A stretch of 64,000 nucleotides of DNA from Candidatus Latescibacterota bacterium (GTDB lineage Bacteria > Latescibacterota > UBA2968 > UBA8231): NCBI GenBank assembly GCA_965205655.1, contig CBDBIJ010000022.1:96001-160000 (forward strand). The letters run 5' to 3'. Positions 19,977 through 29,003 of the stretch are shown piece after piece (the stretch's first letter is position 1; each line of letters begins with the position of its first letter). The position numbers were made by a program, and so were the translations under genes. Below the pieces are notes generated by a model that ran no database searches, was not told the DNA's origin, and saw only the letters and a program-made list of their open reading frames with translations.

Positions 19977-21527
19977 CCTTGATTCGGCATTAACTCGGTG
20001 AAATTTTGGCTGTTCAGTGCGCGCCATTCGGCGGTGAATTTGAGAATCTCCCATAGCAAAAAGGCCTTTCGTTCCGGTTATTCGGAAGTGGCGATACTCC
20101 CTTTTCACCAAAAACGAAAGGCCACGTACCGTGAGACGAAAGAAAGCGGATTTGAGGACGCGCGTCAACCACAATTTGGCCGTCGAATTCACCGCCGAAG
20201 GCCTCACTTCGTATGCCGGTTTGGAGCTGTTGATCCGGTATTTGCGCGGCATCGGATGGAACCGTCAATTGCGTCGGCACCTGTCTGCCGTCGTTCCGGG
20301 CAGTGATTTCGGCATGGTAGGTCTGTGTCGGGTGCTCCTCGGTCTGCTGGTGGTGGGTGGCCGTCGACTGCGACATCTGGGCTTCTTGCAAGGAGATCCT
20401 TTGCTGCAGCGGTTTTGCGGTCTGAAAGACCTGCCCACCGACGGCAGTGTCAGCCGCTGGCTCAAACGCTTCACGGTGGGCGCCGAAGAGGCGTTGAAAA
20501 CGCTCAACGCCGATGTCGTCGCCGGGGTGATCGGTCTGTTGAAGGCCCGCACACTGAGCATCGACATCGATGGCACGGTGCTGTGCACCGGCCACAAGGT
20601 CGGCGGTGCCTGCCGTGGGTACAACCCGCATCATCGCAAGGTCCCCAGTTACTATCCCATCACCGCTTACCTGGCCGACAGCGGTCATTTTCTCCGGCTC
20701 CACAACCGTCCGGGCAACGTCAACGATGGCGCTTCCTCCATCCCATTTCTACAGGCGGTGTTCGAGCAAATCGAACAGACCCTGGGGCGCTCATACCGGC
20801 TGCGATTTCGCATGGACGGCGCCTTTTTCAGAGAGGATGTGATGGCGACGCTGGATGTTCATCGCGCCCAGTATGCCATCAAGGTGCCGTTCTGGCGCTG
20901 CCTGGACCTGCAAACCCAGATCCGCCAACGTCGTCGTTGGCAGCGCGTCGAAGACGGCATCGACGGCTTCTTTTCTTCGGTCAAGGTCGGCAAGTGGAAA
21001 CGCACCCTTAACGTGGTCATCTTTCGCAAGCGGGTGATGCATCCCACGCGCAAGAATTACCAGTTGGACCTGTTCGAGCCGGATAACGGCACCTGGGAAT
21101 ACTCCGCGCTGGCCACCAACCTACCTTTCGATGCAAAATCGCTCTGGCGCTTCATGGGTGGTCGCGGCCTACACGAAAAAGCCATCGGCGAACTCAAGAC
21201 GGGGCTGGCCTTCGACGCCATTCCCACGGATGACTACCGGGCCAACAGCGTCTGGCAACAATTTGTCGTGCTGGCGCACAATCTCCTAGCCAATTTCCAG
21301 ATCGAATCCGGGCTAATAAAGCGCCACCGAACCAGGAAGAATACCGCCCGCTGGGCCCTGAAATCCGTGCGCACGCTACGTTTCGAGCTGTTCAACCGCG
21401 CCGGACACTTGATGCACCCGGAAGGACGAGCCACTTTGCGTCTGCAACGCAACAAGAAGGCCGAAAAACAGTTCCGAAAAATCAGCGCAGCTCTACGAAA
21501 AGTCGCCTGATTTTTGCCGAATCAAGG
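19977..21527 (+). mobile_element. IS1380-family insertion sequence (1551 bp)
   Basis: Perfect 13-bp terminal IR CCTTGATTCGGCA and 4-bp TSD TCAG (19973-19976 and 21528-21531). Confidence 0.92.
20131..21510 (+). CDS. IS1380-family transposase
   Basis: LTSYAGL, IDIDGT, SYYP, RPGN, RMDGAF, RG..E..I.ELK and AHNL motifs. Confidence 0.9.
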   Translation: MRRKKADLRTRVNHNLAVEFTAEGLTSYAGLELLIRYLRGIGWNRQLRRHLSAVVPGSDFGMVGLCRVLLGLLVVGGRRLRHLGFLQGDPLLQRFCGLKDLPTDGSVSRWLKRFTVGAEEALKTLNADVVAGVIGLLKARTLSIDIDGTVLCTGHKVGGACRGYNPHHRKVPSYYPITAYLADSGHFLRLHNRPGNVNDGASSIPFLQAVFEQIEQTLGRSYRLRFRMDGAFFREDVMATLDVHRAQYAIKVPFWRCLDLQTQIRQRRRWQRVEDGIDGFFSSVKVGKWKRTLNVVIFRKRVMHPTRKNYQLDLFEPDNGTWEYSALATNLPFDAKSLWRFMGGRGLHEKAIGELKTGLAFDAIPTDDYRANSVWQQFVVLAHNLLANFQIESGLIKRHRTRKNTARWALKSVRTLRFELFNRAGHLMHPEGRATLRLQRNKKAEKQFRKISAALRKVA

Positions 21528-21859
21528 TCAGTTGTTGCTTACAACCGAGTACCGCGGGCTGCTGCTATCACCAAAGCAGTACGTCATCTTCGGGCTCCCC
21601 GGGGATCTCGGCCTCGCCTGGGCACTCTTCGCCGACAGCGGCATTGCCTGGAATGATGCGAGCGAGTTTGGGTTCGGGAGACTTCAGACCGGTATCGGGG
21701 CGGGAATCCGCCTGCTCATGCCGGCGGTAGACATGGCCAGGTTCGATATCGCTTTCGCTGAAGACGGCAACTGGCGCTTCCACTTCGCCATGTACTCCAA
21801 GATGGAAGCGCAGAGATTCAGACGTCGCTGATGGGAGTGCTTCCGCCACTCGTCGGGAT

Positions 21860-22630
21860 TTACCACGCCGTCCATCCGCCATCCACCAGCATCGTGTGGC
21901 CGGTTATCAGATCGGCCGCCTCGCTGGCCAGAAAGACGGCGGCGCCCACGACATCCTCCGCCTTTCCGGGCCGTTGCACCGGTTGGCGGCGCCTCATCTC
22001 CTCCCGTTTCTCCGGGTCGTCGAAGTACGCCTGCGTTAGCGGCGTTACCAGAAAGGTCGGACCGATGGCGTTCACGTTGATCTTGTGCGGCGCCCACTCG
22101 ATCGCCAAGACCTTGGTGAGGTTGACGACTCCCGCCTTGCTCGAGCAGTAGGCAGCTCGCTGGTAGTAGCCCACCACACCCATGATGCTCGCCATGTTGA
22201 CGATCTTCCCCCCGCCGGCATCCCGCATCTCTCGAGCCACTCGTTGGGATAGAAAGAACAGCCCTTTCAGGTTGATGCCGAGGATGAAGTCCCAGTCCTC
22301 CTCGGTCACGTCGAAGGCGTCCTTCGCGCGATTGACTCCCGCGTTGTTCACCAGGATGTCGATCCTGCCCATCTCTTTCATGGCGGTTTCCACGAGGCTA
22401 TCGATGCTGCCCATCTCCTGCACCTGCAGCGGCAGCGGCAACGCCTTTCGTCCGCACGCCCTCGCCTCTTCGCAGATCGGCTCCAGGTCGCCGAGCTTCT
22501 CTGGCAGCTCGCAGATGACGCAGTCGGCCCCGGAGTCGGCGTATGCCCGCGCTACCGCACTGCCGATCCCTCCCGCAGCTCCCGTGATCAGGGCGACCTT
22601 GCCGTCGAGCCTCATGTTTGGAGCGGCCAT
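21860..22630 (-). CDS. Short-chain dehydrogenase/reductase (gluconate/keto-deoxygluconate dehydrogenase-like)
   Basis: TGAAGGIG, NNAG, YCSSK and VDGG motifs. Confidence 0.88.
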   Translation of the reverse strand: MAAPNMRLDGKVALITGAAGGIGSAVARAYADSGADCVICELPEKLGDLEPICEEARACGRKALPLPLQVQEMGSIDSLVETAMKEMGRIDILVNNAGVNRAKDAFDVTEEDWDFILGINLKGLFFLSQRVAREMRDAGGGKIVNMASIMGVVGYYQRAAYCSSKAGVVNLTKVLAIEWAPHKINVNAIGPTFLVTPLTQAYFDDPEKREEMRRRQPVQRPGKAEDVVGAAVFLASEAADLITGHTMLVDGGWTAW

Positions 22631-22644
22631 CTGTCTGAACCTCT

Positions 22645-23499
22645 TCAACCACCGAAAGCGGCTTCGATCTCGTCCGCCGTCAGCGTTACATACTCGTTTT
22701 GACTCAGCTCTTCATCGAACTGTTGCGATGTCATCACATCATAACCCACCCTCTCGGGAAACATCCACGTCGTCGTCGTCGGTTTGATGATCGCCTCCGC
22801 GTCGTACCTCCAGCCGATGTCGAACACTTTTTCTGGCTCTCTGCCCATGAACACGACCTTACCGGTGTACTCACCGTGCATGAGAAAGACGTTGGGACAG
22901 AAGTAATCGATCTGCCACCCCTTTTCGTTCAGTGCCTCCATTCCGGCGCGTCCGATGTCGTCGGGATGCACGCTCGTCTCGACGTTGATGTGCAGGGGCG
23001 GCACGTCGTCCCTCTGGATGATCTCCAGGCCTTCTTGCCAGTGCTCGCCGCGGAAGTATCGACTCAGCGCATCCTCCTCGTCGGCTCCAGCCGTTCGAAA
23101 CGGGAAGCCCCGGTAGAACGCATCGATGTAGTGGCGATTCCACAGCAGAAGATTCGAATCCCGTTCCACGCCGTGGGCGGGCCCCAGCCCGGCGTCCTTC
23201 TTGTAGATCCAGTGGATGTCGAAGTGGACGAGGCCCTCAGGTTCGATGCCGTGCAGCGCCATGATTCCGGGGCACGGCCGGATCTTGTTGATCCGGCGCA
23301 ACAGTGGCCAGCCGTGCTCCGCGAAGTAGCGCCGCACGATTTCCTCCAGCGACGCCGGGTGAACGCACGTGTGCACGTAGCTGTGTACGTGCGCTGTTTT
23401 CGGATGGTCATCCTGGATGTAGGAGATCAGGCGACGCCAGTGATCGGACGTCGCCAGGTATGCGGCGATCTCCTCCGAGAGATTGAGGTTGCCAGTCAC
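22645..23499 (-). CDS. Hypothetical His-rich protein made of two tandem ~135-aa repeats
   Basis: The GTG start overlaps the upstream SDR stop (GTGA). Internal duplication of HW...IQ.D...H...V.T.VHP...GW...G.EPE...FDI.W.Y is visible. Confidence 0.8.
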   Translation of the reverse strand: MTGNLNLSEEIAAYLATSDHWRRLISYIQDDHPKTAHVHSYVHTCVHPASLEEIVRRYFAEHGWPLLRRINKIRPCPGIMALHGIEPEGLVHFDIHWIYKKDAGLGPAHGVERDSNLLLWNRHYIDAFYRGFPFRTAGADEEDALSRYFRGEHWQEGLEIIQRDDVPPLHINVETSVHPDDIGRAGMEALNEKGWQIDYFCPNVFLMHGEYTGKVVFMGREPEKVFDIGWRYDAEAIIKPTTTTWMFPERVGYDVMTSQQFDEELSQNEYVTLTADEIEAAFGG

Positions 23500-24281
23500 T
23501 GTGTCACCCACCCGGCCGAGACATTGATCGCTTGACCGGTAATCGCCTTCGCCTTGTCAGAGCTGAGAAACAGCACGCTGTCGGCGATCTCCCGCGGATC
23601 GAGCAGCCTCTTCTGCGGAATCTCTGGAAGAAAGACGGTGTCCAGGACTTCCTCGCGAGTGATACCGTGTGATTCGGCGAGGTTGTCCAGTTGGTTTTCG
23701 ACGAGCTTCGTCTTCGTGACTCCGGGACAGATGGCGTTGACGGTGATGCCGAGTTCGGCCACATCCATGGCGCACGACCTGGTCAGGCCGATGACTCCGT
23801 GTTTCGCCGCCGTGTAGGCCGGTTTGTACTTCCCTCCGATCCGCCCGTAGACCGACGAGATATTGATGATTCGACCCTGGCGGCGGGGAATCATGGAGCG
23901 CAATGCCACCTGTGTACACAGAAACGTGCCGGTCAGAATCACATTGATGAGCTTGTTCCATTCGGACACGGGGTAGTCGACCGCGGGTGTGACGTACTGT
24001 ACCCCGGCGTTGTTCACCAGCACGTCGATCTTTCCGAAGGCCTCCAGTACCTTCCCGCCCATCGCCCCGACGCTGTCAGGATCCCCTACGTCCGTCGGGA
24101 TGCCTAAAGCAGTTTCCCCTTTGTCGGCAATCTCACCGGCCACCCGCTGCGCCGCATCGCCGTCGACCTCCGCGATCGCCACGCTCGCTCCTTCACCGGC
24201 CAGAGCGTGAGCGATTGCGCGCCCTATCCCGTCGCCGCCGCCGGTGACAATAGCTCCCTTTTTATTGTCGCTGTGTGCCAC
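23496..24281 (-). CDS. Short-chain dehydrogenase/reductase, 3-hydroxybutyrate dehydrogenase-like
   Basis: TGGGDGIG, NNAGVQY, YTAAKHG, CPG...T.LVENQ and GW..Q C-terminus. Confidence 0.85.
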   Translation of the reverse strand: MAHSDNKKGAIVTGGGDGIGRAIAHALAGEGASVAIAEVDGDAAQRVAGEIADKGETALGIPTDVGDPDSVGAMGGKVLEAFGKIDVLVNNAGVQYVTPAVDYPVSEWNKLINVILTGTFLCTQVALRSMIPRRQGRIINISSVYGRIGGKYKPAYTAAKHGVIGLTRSCAMDVAELGITVNAICPGVTKTKLVENQLDNLAESHGITREEVLDTVFLPEIPQKRLLDPREIADSVLFLSSDKAKAITGQAINVSAGWVTQ

Positions 24282-24446
24282 GCCTCAGAAATTCGTCTCC
24301 ATGCACCTGATTTTCTCGCGTGTCCCGTATGACCCCTACATAACCGCTTATCGCCGCTCCTATCAAGAGCCGGCGGCGGCGAGCTCTCCAAGGGGCGGCA
24401 ACAATCGCTTATGTTATCCACTTCCATGAGGGAGTCTTGAAACAAT

Positions 24447-25872
24447 ATGGCCTCGAGCGATTCTTCTCAGACCGCAGCAGCAGCACTGGCATCCTTCTGC
24501 ACCACCATTCGTTGGGACGAGTTGCCGGCAGATGTGCGCGACCGCACGGTGGAATTTTTTTTTGCTCGACCACCTGGGCGTGACTCTGCGCGGCAGTGCC
24601 GAAGCTTCCAGCGGGCCGGCGTACGACTTCGTTCAGGGCATGCAGTCCGACGGTTCCGCCACGGTGATCGGTGCCGGTTTCAGCAGCGCCGCCGCCTGGG
24701 CCGCCATGGCGAACGGCATCGCCGCCCATGCTATCGAGATGGATGATGTGACGAATGAATCGTCCCTCCACCCCGCTGTCGCCGTCATGCCCGCCGCCCT
24801 CGCCGTTGCCGAGGAGCAGGGCTCGAGCGCCCCGGACTTGCTCGGCGCCATTGTCGCGGGGTACGAAGTCGTGCTACGGGTGGGAAATGCGTTGAATCCG
24901 CCCTCCACCTATCGGCGTGGCTTTCATCCAACCGGTGTGGCCGGAGCCTTTGGCGCCGCCACGGCCGCCGGCTGCCTGCTCGGTCTCTCGGCCGACACCC
25001 TCACCTATGCTCTTGGAATCACGGGCGCGATGGCGTCCGGCTCGATGGAGTACCTCACCGACGGCGCCTGGACGAAGCGGCTCAACGCCGGCTGGGCCGC
25101 CCACGCCGGTGTCGTCGCCGCCAATCTCGCCCGCGCCGGGTTCAACGGTCCGCCCACCGTCTTCGAGGGGCCCTTCGGTCTGCTTCGGGGGTATACGGAT
25201 GAGCCGCACACCCAGCGCCTGGTGGCGGATCTCGGAAAGCCCTTTCAGATCTCCACGACGTGCATAAAACCCTACGGGTGCTGCCGCTACATTCACGGCC
25301 TCATCGACTGTATGTTCGCACTCAGGAAAGAGCACGACATCACGCCCGACCAGGTCGAGAAAATCCGGTTGACCGTCCTGGAGGCGGGGCTCAGCCTCGT
25401 GGCCGAGCCGAGCGAGCAGAAGCGGGCCCCGCAGAATATCGTCGACGCCCAGTTCAGCGCGCAGTTCTCCTGTGCGCTCGCTCTTGCGCACGGCGCCGCC
25501 GGCGTCAACCAGTTCACTCAGGAGAATATCGACGACGCTGCGCTGCGCGACTTGACGTCACGGGTCGAGTGCTACGACGACCCGGCCTTCGACAGGCTCT
25601 ATCCCATGCAGTGGCCGGCGGCTGCCGAGATCGTGCTGCGTGACGGGCGCAAGATGGCGACGCAGATCGACCACCCCACCGGCGATCCGCGAAACCCGGT
25701 GCCGCGCGACGGGCTGGTTGAAAAATTCGCGATGTTGACCGATGGGCGCCTTACCTCGGATGAGGCTGATGATCTTGCCCAAAAGATTCTGAACCTCGAT
25801 AGCGAACCGGGAATCGATGGCATCATGAGCGCCATCACGGGCAGGGAGCCCGCAGCAGCTGGCGCTCTGTAG
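24447..25872 (+). CDS. MmgE/PrpD family protein (frameshifted at the T9 run, 24555-24563)
   Basis: NG.AAHAIEMDD...SLHP, GFHPTG, KRLNAG and KPYGCCRYIH motifs. The N-terminus MASSDS...WDELPADVRDRTVEF lies in a different frame. Confidence 0.88.
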
Positions 25873-25931
25873 CTGCGACCTGCGAAGCCGACTGGCGCGA
25901 TCGGTCGCGGACGAATCTGAACCGCACGGGT

Positions 25932-26915
25932 TCAGGACACCAACGGGAATCCCTTTGCGTATGCCGACGATTCGTCCAGCGCTCGGCGAACCGAATCTGC
26001 TAACTCAAGACCTACCGCACCGAGGGCATCGTCGAGGTGCTCGATGGTGTCGCTTCCGGAGATGGCGACGGTGATTTCCGGGTGTGACATGACCCAGGCT
26101 ATGGCCAGCTGCGCCGGCGTCCTGTCAATTTCTGCCGCCAGCCTGGTGAGCGTGGTCACGATCTGACCTGCCGGCCCTTCCATTGTCTCCTCGTATTTGC
26201 TCTTCCTTTTGGTCGCCCATAGACTGCCCGCTGGCGCCGAAGACCCCGGCGCGTACGCTCCGCTCAGCAATCCGATACCAAGGGGACCATAGGCCATCAC
26301 TCCAAGTCCCTGATCCCGCACCAGGTCGAACATCTCGTTCTCGAGCCGCCGGTTAAGAAGACTGTAGTTGCTTTGCAGACAGATGAAAGGTGACGCATTG
26401 ACGCTGCTCGCCACCCACAAGGACTTGCACACCTGCCACGCCGCGAAGTTGCAGCAGCCGACGTAGCGTACCTTGCCGCTTCGTGTCAGGTCGTCGAAGG
26501 CTCTGATGCTCTCCTCGAGTGGCGTCGACTCGTCGAAGGAGTGCGCCAGGTAGACGTCGATATAATCCGTCTGAAGGCGCTGCAGTGAACGTTCCGCTTC
26601 ACGAACGATGGCGTACCTGGACAACCCCCGGTCGTTCGGTCCTGTCCCCAGAGGGCTCGCCACTTTCGATGTTATTACAACCTGCTCCCGCCGTCCCTTC
26701 AGCACCCTGCCCAGGACTTTCTCGGACACACCCGCGTTAGCGCGATCGTCCATCGTTCCGTAGACGTTGGCGCAGTCGATCAGGTTGACGCCCTGGGAGA
26801 GGGCATGTTCGATCAGCCGTTCAGCGTCCGCTTCCCGGCTCTGCCCGCGCAAGCCGAGGCCGAGGGCCAGGGGGCTGACCTTGAGGCCGGCGGAGCCGAA
26901 GTTGACGTAGTCCAT
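25932..26915 (-). CDS. Aldo/keto reductase
   Basis: GLKVS.L.LG, DCANVY, SK, SL.RLQTDYID.Y..H, GKVRYVG and Q..YSLL motifs. Confidence 0.92.
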   Translation of the reverse strand: MDYVNFGSAGLKVSPLALGLGLRGQSREADAERLIEHALSQGVNLIDCANVYGTMDDRANAGVSEKVLGRVLKGRREQVVITSKVASPLGTGPNDRGLSRYAIVREAERSLQRLQTDYIDVYLAHSFDESTPLEESIRAFDDLTRSGKVRYVGCCNFAAWQVCKSLWVASSVNASPFICLQSNYSLLNRRLENEMFDLVRDQGLGVMAYGPLGIGLLSGAYAPGSSAPAGSLWATKRKSKYEETMEGPAGQIVTTLTRLAAEIDRTPAQLAIAWVMSHPEITVAISGSDTIEHLDDALGAVGLELADSVRRALDESSAYAKGFPLVS

Positions 26916-28582
26916 CAGCTGGCGCTCAGACTTAGATGGCCGCGCTCCACCTCGATTCGCAGCGGCACGCTCCCTTGCCCGAGCTTGCCCATAACCGACT
27001 GGCCGTTCTCTCGGTTTACCGTCACATCCAGGGGCAAGTCGGTTTGGGCGGAACCGCGTCTGACGTATCCCTGCACATCCAGATTCGACTCAGCAGGCAG
27101 CGACAGTTTGATGTTGCCTCGGTCGCTCGTGAGGGTGCATGGTGAGTTCAGCGGCCGGGCTGTCGTCAGCGTGATGCCGCCACGCGAACTTTGAACCAGC
27201 ACTTCGCCGCCGGGGTTGTTGATCGCCACCGGGGCCCGACTGCCGTGGACGGCGAGGCGACCGTTTACTTCGTCAACGGAAACGGGTCCCCGATCGCTGT
27301 GAACGGCGGCGCTGACACCGACGCGGCGCAGGCTGATGGGACCGTGATCACTCTTCACATTCGCCTCGCCGGTGACATCCTGGATGGCCACAGGCCCGTG
27401 ACTCGTGCTGCAGACGGCATCACCGCCAACATCTTTGAGCGACAGCGGGCCGTGATCGTTTACGGCGTTTACGCTGCCGGTCACTTTTTTTAGAGCCACC
27501 GGACCGTGACTGGACACAACGGTCAGTGATCCGCCCACGTTCGCCACTTCCAGAGGGCCGTGCTCAATTGTCACGGAGCAGTCGCCGCCCACGCCTTTGA
27601 GCGAGAGTTTGCCATGATTGGCGTCCAGTTTGGCGTCCTGGCCGATGAGTTCTATCTCGGCGGTACTGTGACTGAGCGCGACATCTGCGTTTCCGGCGAC
27701 CGCGTCGATAGCGACGCTCCCATGGCTAGACTTCAGCCTGAGATTCTTTCCCACCTTATCGATACGAGTCTTGCCGTGTGATTGGTCGAGCGCAAGGTCT
27801 CCGGAGACGAGACCAATTTTCGCTTTCCCGTGTCGACTGCCGAGGGTGGCGTTGCCATCGATTCGCGGGATCTCGAGGATTCCGTGAGCTGTGCACAGAC
27901 ACAGGTGCATTGTCTCCGGCATCGTGAGAGAGAAGTTCAGCCGGCACGGTCCCATTCCCTCGGCGTCATCATACTGAGGCAAAATCGGTTCAATGCGAGT
28001 CTCTCCGGTTGCCGTCTGGGCGATTTCCACTTTCACCGCCTCTGCAAACCTCGCAGCTACAGATGGAGATGTCGCGTGCGCGACGACATGAACTCTCGCC
28101 TTGATCTCCTCTTTGTCCCAACTCTCAGCAGAGATATCGCCGCGCGGGTTGTCGAGTATGACTGTCGTACCCGGCGCGATCGATTCCGTGACTTCGAGGT
28201 CGCGTTCGGCAACCTCGTCGAAAGGTAGGTGGAAGCTGGTAGAGGAGGATTCCGTCGCCGTCTTCCACTTGTGGAAAGCGGTGGACATGTTGCGGGTGAA
28301 GTCTTCGAACATGTCGCCCAGATCGGGAATGCTGGCGGTCGCTTCGGTGACAATTCGATCCACGTCGGGCATCGCATCCACGACCACGCGCTTGAGGTCG
28401 GGCATGGAGCTGCGGATTGTACTCCGAAAATCGTCCCAGGAACCGTGGGCTCGGCGCTCTTCAACGCGCTTCGTGTCAGAGGCGTGTGGCGAGTCGATCA
28501 CTTTTAGCAGTCGCTCGGCGTCTTCGACGCTGATTTTCCCCTCCGACAGCATCTGCAGAACTTTCAGCCGCTCTTCAGACAT
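26915..28582 (-). CDS. DUF4097-type beta-solenoid protein with N-terminal SHOCT-like (YvlB/LiaX-like) domain
   Basis: N-terminal EERLKVLQMLSEGKISVEDAERLL followed by many 18-aa repeats (xxHG.v.i..v.G). Confidence 0.8.
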   Translation of the reverse strand: MSEERLKVLQMLSEGKISVEDAERLLKVIDSPHASDTKRVEERRAHGSWDDFRSTIRSSMPDLKRVVVDAMPDVDRIVTEATASIPDLGDMFEDFTRNMSTAFHKWKTATESSSTSFHLPFDEVAERDLEVTESIAPGTTVILDNPRGDISAESWDKEEIKARVHVVAHATSPSVAARFAEAVKVEIAQTATGETRIEPILPQYDDAEGMGPCRLNFSLTMPETMHLCLCTAHGILEIPRIDGNATLGSRHGKAKIGLVSGDLALDQSHGKTRIDKVGKNLRLKSSHGSVAIDAVAGNADVALSHSTAEIELIGQDAKLDANHGKLSLKGVGGDCSVTIEHGPLEVANVGGSLTVVSSHGPVALKKVTGSVNAVNDHGPLSLKDVGGDAVCSTSHGPVAIQDVTGEANVKSDHGPISLRRVGVSAAVHSDRGPVSVDEVNGRLAVHGSRAPVAINNPGGEVLVQSSRGGITLTTARPLNSPCTLTSDRGNIKLSLPAESNLDVQGYVRRGSAQTDLPLDVTVNRENGQSVMGKLGQGSVPLRIEVERGHLSLSAS

Positions 28583-28979
28583 TCCCTGTTTCTCCTCTTA
28601 GCTTTTCCAGCTTCCGGATCGCGGTTTCCGCATCCACTTCGCCTCGATAAAGGCTGTCCAGAACGTGACGCCGGCTTGAGACAGACTGCTCGACAGTGGC
28701 CGCGCCCCGGCTCTCACCGTCGAACCCAAGCTCGCGGATCACCTCATCGAGGCGAGTGCGAACGGTGCTGTAGGGCAGATCGAGCTCTCGCTCCATCTCT
28801 TTGATGTTGCCTCTCAGACGAACGAACAGCTCGACGAAGGCGAGACTCTCGGATGAAAGCCTGTCGAAGGCCGACGTCGAAAAGCGTCCCGATATCTCCG
28901 TATCGCAACGACAGCAGGAGAGCCTCGATATGGCCAGATCTCCGCCGCAGGATGGGCAGTGTTCGATAACTTTGCGCAT
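28575..28979 (-). CDS. DUF2089 family protein (Zn ribbon plus HTH)
   Basis: CPSCGG...C..C.T.I.G.F and GNIKEMERELDLPYSTVRTRLD motifs. Overlaps the DUF4097 gene. Confidence 0.88.
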   Translation of the reverse strand: MRKVIEHCPSCGGDLAISRLSCCRCDTEISGRFSTSAFDRLSSESLAFVELFVRLRGNIKEMERELDLPYSTVRTRLDEVIRELGFDGESRGAATVEQSVSSRRHVLDSLYRGEVDAETAIRKLEKLRGETGNV

Positions 28980-29003
28980 ATTGACTAAAAAATTAAGGAA
29001 GAG

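Larger units (their letters stand above)
18945..21831 (+). pseudogene. Omp85/BamA-TamA family outer membrane protein (one POTRA plus barrel) interrupted by IS1380
   Basis: POTRA GNRVTREYVIRREL and LGGANSIRGY (VRGY loop). After IS removal ...GRNQ joins LLLTTEYR...FADSG...GAGIRL...RFDIA in frame. Confidence 0.88.
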
